A stretch of DNA of 32,000 bases, from NCBI RefSeq assembly GCF_000400465.1, contig NW_008806275.1:339656-371655 (forward strand), read 5' to 3'. The position numbers were made by a program, and so were the translations under genes. This document shows positions 11,766 to 22,735 of the stretch, one piece after another. Within the stretch, counting starts at the first letter, position 1. Every line of letters starts with the position of its first letter. The stretch comes from Wallemia ichthyophaga EXF-994. Lineage: Eukaryota; Fungi; Basidiomycota. The notes under the pieces are model-generated. The model had not been told where the DNA came from. It did no database searches and saw only the letters and a program-made list of their open reading frames with translations.

Positions 11766-13844
11766 GGGTTTTCTTCGCCAAGCTACGACGGGTACAGTCC
11801 TATCAATCGCAGCAATGTAAGCAATATCACGTAATAAAAGCGCGTAAAGCTTAAGCGTTTTAGTGTCATATTTGCTATAGTGTCTTTTAATGCCCCACTG
11901 ATCAAGCAGCTCTACTTTATTCGAGTCACGACTAACATCGATATGTTCGACGCTAGGATAGAGCTAGGTACTCTAGGCTACTGCGTATACCTTGAAGATG
12001 GAAAAAGCTGCATAGAGCCTACGCTCGGATATACCATCGGTCAGTCACATGTTTGATTCAAATCACGCGACTGAAGGCTGAACGCTGGTGCAGACCTTGA
12101 AGAAGTCGGCCTAGGAGAATTCCTACAGCTTTCACAAGTACAAGACTTTATGAATTCGATCCCTGATGATGTTATCAACTGGGTTACCTACGTAAGTTTC
12201 ATCGGAATGCATTGATATGTGCCCGTTTGACTAATTTATCTAGGTTTTCGTATTACATTTCATGTGCGGAGGTTTTTTAAGCGTACATTAATAAGCTTAT
12301 GCACTACAGCTCTCTCGGGCTTTCATTCTTAACAGTTTTGGTCGGAATTTTTTCACATATTCGAGAGCTTGGCAGATCTTACTGGAGCAGCTTAATCTCG
12401 ATTCTAGCATGCGTGTAGGTGTTTAGGTTACCAGCTAGCTATCACGCTTATGCAACACTAGCGTTGCCCTAATCACATTTGCTTTCGATATGGCATTCGC
12501 AGTGAAAACACGTAACAGGTTGAACGATACAAATGTAGCAACAGCTCAGATTGGACAGTCTGTCTGGCTTGTACTTGCTGCAGCTATTGTTGTGAGTTAG
12601 ATCACATATACAAGGGCGATTATTGACAGTGCACAGCTTGTAATATCAGTCTTCATGTTTTTAGCTGGAATTGCAATGTCTCGCCGTCAACATAAGACAA
12701 GAGACTTATTTGACAATGAGAAGGTTAATAGTGATAGTCACCAACATAATCAGAATGATACCTACGGTATGGGCGAGAGACGTAAGCTTAATAAGCAAGA
12801 TAGAGATAAACCAGACGATAGTTCATCAGCATCATTCTCACCATTACCAGGGTCATATACATCAGACCAACAGCCATTAACACCAAATGCTGGTAGACCT
12901 TACGAATCTAATCATTGGGATGATACACGATCGACAGTACATAACTCACAGGGTTACGGACAAACGCCACAAATGCAACATCTGCAGCCTCATATGCAGC
13001 CTCAGATTCAGCCTCATATGCAGTCTCAGATGTATCAGAACCAAGGACAACCTCAATTAGATTCAGGAAGGCCGACATCACCATTCGAACAGCAGATGAT
13101 GACGCAACCAATGCTGGCACCTTACATGCCACAACCATCGATATCACCATTGCCATTTGCACGCTCACCTCAACCATCAGTGTCATATGTATCATCACCA
13201 CCACCTAGCTCAATGTCACCACCACCGATGCCATATGCGCGGTCGCCGCCACCTCAAATGGCAACAAATCAAATGTTCGCAGCACCGCAAATGTCTTGGT
13301 ACTATAATCCAGCAGCGCAGGGTGGACAATATGGGCAACTCGCACCATCAGAGATATCTAATGATCAAAGCGGTGGATCATACTGGCCGAACCCTAACGG
13401 ATTGGTGCCAAATCACGGTAATAATGCAAGTGAGTGATATTTTAAAGAAAAGATGAGAACTAAAGATAATTAGTAATAAGTAGAGTAACGAGCCCTGTGA
13501 ATACAGGACAATTTCATATGACGAATAATGTTGCACAGCAAGCAGCGGCTGGAGCACTTTCAACATACCAAGCCAATCCTAATGAAGAGAAGGGATCTGA
13601 AGAGAAAAACGATACATTGACTTCACCACCGGCATCGTCACCGTTGACACAGACCAGCGCAGTGCCACTTACAGCGAGAAAGCCAAAGAAGCAGCAGCAA
13701 CAGCAATGGTCAGCACCGTTTATAAAATCACCGCCACCTCCAGAGACATACGCAGAACCAGAAGGTGATCCATACCGTTCAGCCAGGGCTATGCCTCGAA
13801 GGATGGATAACGAAGACTCAAAGGAGCCACCACCATATCAATGA
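11766..13844 (+). CDS. PalI/Rim9/SUR7-family tetraspan membrane protein with a long Pro/Gln-rich tail (start codon not resolved, about 11720-11770)
   Basis: Spliced exons give GFLRQATTGTVLSIAAIVIFAIVSFNAPLIKQLYF, ELGTLGYCVY...SCIEPTLGYT (the family GYC...C..LGY signature) and VFVLHF, followed by further TM helices. An intron starting at 13431 (gtgagt...aatacag) joins the tail to the last exon, which ends KEPPPYQ*. Confidence 0.75.
12985..13032 (+). repeat. 12-bp coding tandem repeat x4 (QPHM/QPQI/QPHM/QSQM)
   Basis: cagcctcatatg cagcctcagatt cagcctcatatg cagtctcagatg. Confidence 0.85.
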
Positions 13845-13949
13845 AAGACAAACTGTAATAAACGATTTATAATGCTTTTAATTTAATAAAAATTTTGATA
13901 TTCTTGGGAATTTTTCATTGGTTTGAGTAGACAGTTAAAGTAAACGATC

Positions 13950-16667
13950 ATGTCATTTTTCAGGTGAATAAGAATGAAATAGAGACAAGATGATATTAAC
14001 GGAGATTATTTTTATAGACGCGCAGGCAGCTCATCGGAAAGCGATTCATCATCTGAGGAAGAAGAACTTTTATCTTCATCTGGGTCTGAAGATGAGGAAG
14101 CACCAGTGAGTTATGAGGAGATTTGAATAGGGGCTGAATTAACTCAAATTTAGCCACAAAAGCAAGAATCAAAGCCAATGTCTAGATTCTTAAAGACAGC
14201 TGGCGGCGATAGCTCCTCATCCTCAGAATCATCCGATGAAGAAGATTCTGATGATTCTGACGACGATGAAGCTCCAAAGAAATCAAAGTTCCTTAAAGGC
14301 GCTCAATCTGATGATTCAGATCAAGAGGAAGATACGAAGAAGATTGTTAAATCAGCAAAAGATAAGAGAGTTGAGGAAATGGAATCTATCATAAAATCTC
14401 TCGATAATGCCCACAAGATCAGTGACTGGGCTGCTATCAACACGGAATTTGACAAATTGACGCGTCTTATCATTCGTTTACAAACACTTCATGAACCAAT
14501 TCCTGCCATGTTCATTAAAACTTTAGTTACGCTCGATGATGACTTGAAGAGCGACAAGGGCGATACAAAGAAGAAGTTGAATGCTACCAACAACCGTGCA
14601 ATGAACGGTATGCGTCAAAAGATTAAAAAGAGTATAAGGGATTGGGAAAAGGACGTTGAAAGCTACCGCGTGAATCCTGAAGAGTACGAGTCAAACGCTG
14701 CTGCCGTTTCTGCCGCTCATGCTCCAGGTGTTGCCCCAACCAAACCAAGAGCTGAAAAAGCTGAAAAAGCTGCAGATGAAAATGGTCTTGGATTCTCAAC
14801 CATCGGTAAAGCCGGTAAAGCTACAGATGAACCAACTATTACACCTGAAACTTTATTCAGGCACTTATCTGGTATCCTAGAAGCTCGTGGTAAGAAGAAC
14901 ACTGATAGAAGTGAACAAGTTCGTACACTTGAGAAGCTTCTTAAGGTTGCGTCAACTCCTTACTCAAAGATTCGGGTTCTTTTGGCTTTGATTTCCTCAA
15001 GATTTGACTACAACGCCACCAACCAAGCACACATCCCGCCTCCATCATGGGTTTTGGCCAGAGCTGAATTTGATAGCCTGGTTGATCTTCTGATTAGTCA
15101 ACCACAATACATTGTCAGAGAAGAGACTGTAGAATATGAAGACTCCGTTGAAAGAAAACCACAGGGCACTGATGATGTCGTGCAAGTTCGTGGTTCATTG
15201 GTATCTTTCATTGAGAGACTTGATGATGAATTTACCAAGACACTTCAAAATTCTGATCCTCACTCACTTGAATACGTCGAAAGGCTCTCTGCTCAGAAGA
15301 GTTTGTATCAAACAACGGTCAAGACACAAGCTTACTTCGAGCTGATAAAGGCGGAATTACCAATTTCAAGAACTGTAATGCGCAGACTTGAACATATATA
15401 CTCCAAGCCAGATGCTGTTGTTGAAGTATTAGAAAAGTCAGCAAACCAAGCCCTTGGTCAATTGAAGTCAACCATTACACCACTACAGTCTACATTCTCA
15501 TCAACTAAGTTAGTTCATCAACTCTGTACTTATCTCTACGGTGCCTCCGATGGCTTATTACGTACGAGAGCAATGCTTTCTCATATTTATCATCACAGTT
15601 TACACAACAACTTTCACACAGCTCGTGATATGTTCTTAATGTCCCACTTACAAGAAAGCATCAGCAGGGCCGATGTTGCAACTCAGATATTGTTCAATCG
15701 TACAGTAGTTCAATTAGGTCTTTGTGCATTTAGATCAGGTTTGATTAGAGAGGCTAGAGATTCGTTGAGAGAAATATTCCAATCAGGTAGACCAAAGGAA
15801 TTGTTAGCACAGGGAGTAACGCAACAAAGATACATGACTATGACACCTGAACAAGAACGTGCAGAGAAGTCAAGACAAGTTCCCTTCCATATGCACATCA
15901 ACTTAGAATTATTAGAGGCTGCATACTTAGTCAGCTGCATGCTGATCGAAATACCAAAGTTGGCTTCAGCTGCTGAAGATCCAGATGCTAAGAGGAAGAT
16001 TTTATCAAAGGCTTTCAAGAGGCAATTAGATTTCGCAGAAAGGCAAGCATTCAATGGACCACCGGAGAACACACGTGATTATATCATGCAAGCTTCAAAA
16101 GCTTTGCAACAAAGTGATTGGGAAAAGTGTCGTGATTTGATTCATGGTATAAAGATCTGGTCATTAATGCAAGGTGAAAGTCAAACGAAGGAGATGTTGA
16201 CAAGGTGAGTATTATAAATTATAGTAGAAAATTTATTTTAACGAAAAAATAGCAAAATACAAGAAGAAGCAATGAGAACATACTTGTTCGCAAATTCATC
16301 ATTCTATGAGAACATATCAATCTCCATACTGTCCTCTGCGATGGAATTGGATGAGAAACATGTGAACTCGATAATCTCAAAAATGATATGGTCTGAAGAA
16401 TTATCAGCAACAATTGATCAATCCAACAACGTTGTAGTGTTCTCAAAGGTCGAACCAACAAGACTGCAGTCATTATCAAACCAATTGCTTGATCGCGCAA
16501 ATAGCTTAGTAGAGTTGAATGAGAAAGCATGGCAATTGAAGTTTGATGATGGTACTAATAAGTCAGATGATTTGAGCGCAAGAATTCGTCGTGGTAACCG
16601 AGGACAGGGTCAACAAAAAAGCAGTAGGCCACAGTTCTCCAATCAGACGAGAAAAGTACCTGTATAA
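13950..16667 (+). CDS. NIP1: Eukaryotic translation initiation factor 3 subunit C
   Basis: The N-terminus is MSFFRRAGSSSESDSS... Further motifs are VKSAKDKRVEEM, ISDWAAINTEFDKL, ILEARGKKNTDR, QVPFHMHINLELLE and NGPPENTRDYIM, then a PCI-domain C-terminus (MIWSEELSATIDQ). Introns are short and GT-AG. Confidence 0.96.
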
Positions 16668-16837
16668 AAATTTCTGTTTATATATTTCTGCATTATCACA
16701 TTATGTTTAGATTATAGGGAGAAACTCACGCCAGTGACAAATTCGCCAAGAGCTGGTTCATCTTACGCATATGAAAGAATGGCAATGATTAGAATTACAA
16801 GGTACATTGATGAATGAGCGCTGTTGGGAAGTATAGA

Positions 16838-19350
16838 TTATTTGCGTAAAAAGAAATTCTTGAAATCAGAGAACATGGGTACTGCAGGGGAAATATTCTT
16901 GCTATCAGCTTTATTAGGGTTATTATTGTAATCTGTTGGTGAACAGTTATCACCCTCTGATTTATTGTTGATTGTTGGGACTGGTATGAGTGGTCGATTT
17001 GGAGGATCCATGTCTAATTCTGTCAAGAACGAATTTGATTGTTTTTCAGATTGCGATTCAGTGGCTGTAACTGCTCTGAATATTTCATGTATTTGACTTT
17101 GATCCTTTTTGGGTAAACCTTTCATTTCAAGTACCTAAATCGTAAAGTCAATTGTTTTATAGACTTTGAAACATCATGTGGCATACTTTTTGAAAGTTTT
17201 GGGAGGAGCTGTCGGCAATTAATGTCGTGTAAGATTGAACAAACGCCTCTGCTGGTACTGATGGTGCAAGCACTACCTTGAGAAGAGTTTCCAATGGAAT
17301 TAACGCTCTATTGACATGTCTAGCGTATCTATAATAATTAGGTGAGTTATTTCAACATTCACGATTAATTTGCCTACGCAGATGTTGTCGATCCTGTTTC
17401 ACGAGGACTTTCCATTGAATCTAGGAATGCTTGACGAAAAGACTGTAAATCAAGTAGTAGCTAATTAAATGTCAATTTAGTTAATCATATTAACATATTA
17501 CTTACTTGCTCAACTCCGAGTGAAGATAATGGACGAGACTTAACGATGTTTCTCGTTAGCAATGCAACTGATAATGAAACAGCTTTATCAAGGAAGCTGC
17601 GATAGTATTTACGCTGATCAATGGATTTTGTAACATTTGAGCTTAGGTTGAGAATACACTGAGATAAATCGATGACGTATTGACTGGGATTACTAACAGA
17701 TGTGATATTGTTCGACTTCTTTTTTGAATTACCCAATTGTGACCATTGAATACGTGACATGTCATTAAGCGGTGTTTCGATCCCAAGCTCAAAGTTGTGT
17801 AAACAACGTTGTAAGCAATTTGAAATGATAGAGTTAAAGATTTCGCCTTCTTTTTCAAAGGAGATATCGCCTTTAAATGGGATGTAGACATATTCTTTTA
17901 GCTTTTCTTCAAGTTGAATGGCAGTTGATAAGCAATAATCAGCAGTATTAATGATAAGACCAGAAATTTTAATTTCATTGTAGTTGACTTTTGAGTCAAG
18001 GGATCTACGTGAGTTTATGCCATGAATCAGCTGAGCTTTGAGGATGTCGTTAGCGTAAATCTTCAACCACTTGCTGTAAAGTTTTGATAAATCAACAATA
18101 GGTTTACCATTTGTCAATGTAGCGCATTGACTGAGAATTTGACGGTAGTTTAGGAAGAGCTCGCTTGAAGATTCCAAAACTGAAGCAGTACTACTTTCTT
18201 CAACGAATTGATGAGAGCTTGAATCAGAGAACTTTGTGAATAGATCAGCGAGAGATTTATCTTGATGGGAGATGTAGACGTGAAAGACATTTTGATAAAC
18301 AAGTGAAATTGATTTGAAACCACCTTGATCGTTAAACTGGGGAATTATTAGTGGGGATAGAATTATGGAAGTGAATCTACGCACATGAAGATTAAGTTTC
18401 TTTTGCATTTGAGATTCAAAGTCCTTGGTGATTCTGATAGCTTCTATCAGACTGTCAACGTTTAAGTTTGAGTTTTTTAGGACAATCTGAATATCTTGAC
18501 TTGTATAATCGTTGAACTTGGCTAACAATTGAGATTTAATATTCCAATGAATAGGCCAAATATTTGATAAATCTTGTTGATGTTGGAATTGCTTTAGAAT
18601 GCGATTGAACCAAGCGAATCTAGTTGATAAATTATCAAGTTGACCAGCTTCATCTGAAGGGCTAAAAATGCGTCTATAGTCGCGTAAAATGAAAGCGATG
18701 AACCAATCAATAATGTTAAGTTTCACTTGAAGACCCAATTTGTCAATTAAAAGGGCAGAATCTTTAATGGTTTTACGTTGACGTTCACCTCCCATATCAA
18801 TAGTAGTAGGTAAAGAGGAAGACCAATAAGATTTGAATTCTCGAACTAATTGATCACGTAGCTTAGCTTGAGACATTTGAGCTTGAGTCAAAATATCAGC
18901 AATTTTAGGAACTCTAGCTAAAGGAGATAAGGAGTTAGATAGAGAGATTAAATCTTGTAAGGGCTTAATGATAGTAGAGTAAGAGTGAATAGATAGTTGA
19001 TAATCCAATTGATTTGTGAGGTTAACAAGAAGTTGAAATTGTTTCAGCGTAGACATTGAGTTGGACAAATTGGATTTGACTAAATTTAAGTTTTTAATAT
19101 CATCAGTGATAGATCTGATGGTGTATTCTGAATTAACAGCGTGATGATGAATGTTTGATAGGTTGATGAATGTACTATCATTTAAATTGATCTGATTGGA
19201 CGAGTTCAAGTATTGGATATTCTGATAGAGGTTTTTGAGGTTAATGAGTAATCTATATCTCTCTAAAGCCAATTTACTGTGTTTGATAGAATCAGGGCTA
19301 TTGAATAATTTATCTATATTTTCAATTTTACTTGAATCCCCTATAGTCAT
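16838..19350 (-). CDS. VPS53: GARP complex subunit Vps53 (long first exon plus several short 3' exons)
   Basis: Motifs IKNLNLVKSNLSNSMSTLKQFQLLV, DYRRIFSPSDEAGQLDNLSTRFAWF and INTADYCLSTAIQLEEKL. The 3' exons splice to LGVEQ/LLLDLQ.../YARHVNRALIPLETLLK/...IADSSSQNFQK/VLEMKGLPKKDQ, so the 16838-17125 ORF is the last exon. Confidence 0.9.
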
Positions 19351-19446
19351 TTCTTTCTTTCAATAAACTTGGTTTCGAATTACTTGTTTGCGACCAAGAC
19401 CAACCGCCCCCAGAAATTTCCACGTGTTAAATTATTGTCGAGTGAA

Positions 19447-21425
19447 ATGGAGTGTAGTAGCGTTGACAATAATTTGAACAAGTTTTTATCAAATGATAAT
19501 CAGGTTGTTAATGATCAATTCACTCGTAGAAGGACAGCTCATAATCATTTCAAATCCACACACTATCAAAACTTGAAAGAAATCAACCAATTGGAACACA
19601 ATGATAGATTCAAGTTCGATAAAGTCGGCCATCAACTTGATAACATTTCAAATGAATGGATTACTCAGTTTAATCATTCAAATCACTCCCCTATTGAAAG
19701 AGTTAACAGTCAGTTCAATAATAATTGGTCAAATGAATTCATTCGGTCAAATGAATTCAAAATGTCTTCTTCTTCCCCTTCAACTTCCTCCTTCAAACAA
19801 AATTACGTCAATTTCAATCATCCTTATCAATATGATAGAAATTTGAATATTTTGAATGATTACAGTCAATTAAATGAAAAATCTAATTGGGATAAGCAAT
19901 TTGATCAATTCAATAATCATCAACCTGTTGACATTCAACCTTCTTCACCAAATGATGATTTAGCTAAAACTGCTGCAGATTTAATTGACACTGTTCAGCC
20001 TCATAAACTCGAAAAATTCAAAAATTCAAACTTTTTCTCCTTGATGAATGGTTTAGCAACAGGTAAGACTCAATTAGATCAAGATCAATTTGTTGATAAC
20101 AACATATCTGACTGGTCAACTTCATTCATCGATAGTCAACAAACTAATCAACACGCTCATCATAATCAACAAATTCAACAAACTCAAACCTCTCAAAATC
20201 AGCAGTTCAACCCCTCCATCTTAAACGCACCTCCTCCTTACCACAAACTTTTCGGTATGTTCGACTCACCTTCGCCTACATCTGCAACCAACAAGGAATC
20301 TCTTCAAGATGGTAGCCTTGAGCAAGGTAGTGGTTCTGCCACTGGTGTGAGAGGTCCACAAGAAATTGAATGGGATAACTTTATTACTACTTTGGATTCT
20401 TTGGATTCTACTAACTCGCAGTATCTCACCTCAAATCATGTTAGCAGTGCACATTCTGATCTAAACCATTCACTTCAAAACCCTAAACAATGGTATCAAC
20501 TTGGTATGTCTCAACAAGAAAATGAAAATGAACATGAAGCTATACCCGCACTACTCAAAGCTGTTGAATTGGATGACAAGTTTGAGAATGCTTGGCTAGC
20601 TCTCTCGATTAGTTACACAAATGAATCAAATAAAGTTGAAGCTATCAATGCAATTAAGAAATGGTTAATTGCCAAAAAAATTAATCTCAACTCAATTGAT
20701 TACTCAGATAAAGATCATTTCCATTTAATTCAAATACTCTGCCAAATGATCAGAGACAATATCAATCAAGACCAAATTCAACCAGATCTACAAGTAGCAC
20801 TGGGTGTACTCTTCAGTCTCAATGAAGAATATGACAAATCCGTTGATTGCTTTAGTACTGCTTTATCAATCAAACCAAACGCACGTCTTTATTTTGTTGA
20901 CGACCTTAACTAACATACGTAATCAGGACTGGTTATTGCTTAATAGATTAGGTGCAACCCTCTCAAATAGTGGTAAATGTCAATCCTCACTTGAATACTA
21001 TTATCGTGCATTGGAATTACATCCAACTTACGTTAGAGCAAAGTTCAATCTTGGTATAGCATTGATGAACATCAGGGTTCGTTCACTTGACTATTTCAGG
21101 TCTTTGCTAATTCTATTCGCTCTTCTAGGACTTTGAAGAAGCTATTCAACAAATACTCTCTGCTGTTGATATACAATCTCAAGGTAATCAAGCCGATAAG
21201 AGTAGCCAATTTAATAATAATATGTGGGATACCCTTAAGAATTGCTTGCTGCAGTGAGTATTTTCTTGAAAGGACGTTAATTTTAATTGACAAAATGATT
21301 AGAATGCGCAAAAGTGAATTAATTCAATTGTGCAACGAGAAAGACATTGATGGTGAGTACATAATGATACAACAATTATATCTGACAAATTGAGCAAAGG
21401 ATTTAGAAGACATTTCAATTTCTAA
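19447..21425 (+). CDS. PEX5: Peroxisomal import receptor Pex5 with WxxxF motifs, a Pex7-binding motif and a TPR domain
   Basis: The N-terminus has the conserved Cys (MECSSVDNNL). WxxxF motifs are WITQF, WSNEF, WDKQF and WSTSF. TPR segments are WYQLGMSQQENE, LALSISYTNE, PDLQVALGVLF, NRLGATLSN and YVRAKFNLGI. The last exon ends GFRRHFNF*. Confidence 0.9.
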
Positions 21426-21431
21426 ACCTTT

Positions 21432-22262
21432 TCACCTTCTTGGCTTTTTGGGTAAGAATATTGAAGGCTGTGATGACATGGGTGGATTTAGAGGAGATTG
21501 GATTGTGTTTGATAGTGTTTTTAATGATGTATTTTTATCTGTTTTGCTTTTGATTGATGTACTATTGTTTCTATCATTCGGCTTCTTAATAACCTTGATA
21601 GAGGTTGAAACAGATGGTGATTTTGTTCGCTTTGTTGATGATGACGTGAATGAAGTAGGCTTACTGATATTTGATAGGGTTGAAGGAGAGTTTGATACCT
21701 CAGGAGCTTTCGATGTAACTTTTCTTTTAAAGGGTTTTAAAAACCTATTATTTTTACCTGCGGAGGTCATTTTGGCTTCATTCATTGACTTTTGATAGAG
21801 TGATGAATCTTATTTTGGTTGTAAGTGATGAATAGGGTTTATGTTAGTGAAACACTTACTAGAAGACTTGTGACGTTTAGATGGAATATCATTTGTGAAC
21901 ATAGTTTGACGTTTTAGCCTCTCGTTTTGAACGTCTTGTTGTTTGAGTCTTAGTCTTTGTGCAGCAGTGTTCAACAAAGAGGACTGATTAGATTCAACTT
22001 GTAGGAAGAGCTGCCTCCAAGAATCAGGTGAGTGAGATAAGTCCTGATAATGCTTAGGGAAGGATTGCTTGAATACTTTAAACCAAATTTCATCATCATG
22101 GTGAATCAATGAAGGAGTATTAGATTCTAGTGTCTTTAATTGATTGCTATTGCAGTTGATCAGGATATGTTTGATGAGATCATACGGAGTATCGCCAATG
22201 TCAGATAGAGTGTGCAGGTAATTCAGAATGCATTTTGACGAATAAAATTTTAAGCTTTTCAT
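21432..22262 (-). CDS. Elongin A-domain protein (Ela1-like), 2 exons (intron 21859-21809)
   Basis: MKSLKFYSSKCIL...LSDIGDTPYDLIKHILINCNSNQLKTLESNTPSL...DEIWFK...WRQLF matches the Elongin A BC-box/F-box-like domain. The C-terminal exon is basic and Ser/Thr-rich. Confidence 0.75.
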
Positions 22263-22639
22263 TTGATTGATTTCTTAATTTTGTCCAGAGATGGTGGTTG
22301 GGATATTGTAGAGTTATCACCTAATTCAGTATAAGGAGTAAAGTGTAAATTAAAATTATTGTTGTCCTGTAGCTCAGCTTGAACAATGTTCTTCCGTAAG
22401 ATATCGCTGACTTCGGATAGTTGATTTAATTGAGATTGTTGCTGTGAAGCGTCTAAATGTGGTAGATTGTAGAACTTATCCCTAATGACCAACTTGGATT
22501 GACGTATTGCTTGATTGTCGCCTGTGAAGGAATGGGCTGAGTTATGCAGCACCGGAGTGAGACCAACACACACACCTTTAAAAGTTATATTTATAGATTT
22601 CAATAAATTTTTGTAGATGGCTTTGAAATTACTTGACAT
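22259..22639 (-). CDS. MZM1: Mitochondrial LYR-family complex III assembly chaperone (Mzm1/LYRM7), with a 54-nt intron at 22575-22522
   Basis: IYKNLLKSINITFKG/D (LYR-like motif followed by F.GD), then LRKNIVQA and LHFTPYTELGDNSTI, the characteristic Mzm1 C-terminal ELGDN motif. Confidence 0.85.
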   Translation of the reverse strand: MSSNFKAIYKNLLKSINITFKGVCVGLTPVLHNSAHSFTGDNQAIRQSKLVIRDKFYNLPHLDASQQQSQLNQLSEVSDILRKNIVQAELQDNNNFNLHFTPYTELGDNSTISQPPSLDKIKKSIK

Positions 22640-22735
22640 TGATATTTATTTAAATTTTATATTTTTTATTTAGCCCAACGCAACGCAACGGTTGATTAAA
22701 TGTCGATTGCTTAGTCTGTTTCTCTTAAACTAAAA

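Noticed and set aside
16838-17125. Stand-alone 95-aa ORF
   Set aside because: It is the last exon of VPS53 (acceptor ag, then VLEMKGLPKKDQ).
19369-19446. ORF-track N-terminal extension of PEX5 from TTG 19369
   Set aside because: It begins at a non-ATG codon in the 96-bp divergent VPS53/PEX5 spacer. The ATG at 19447 places the conserved Cys at the N-terminus.
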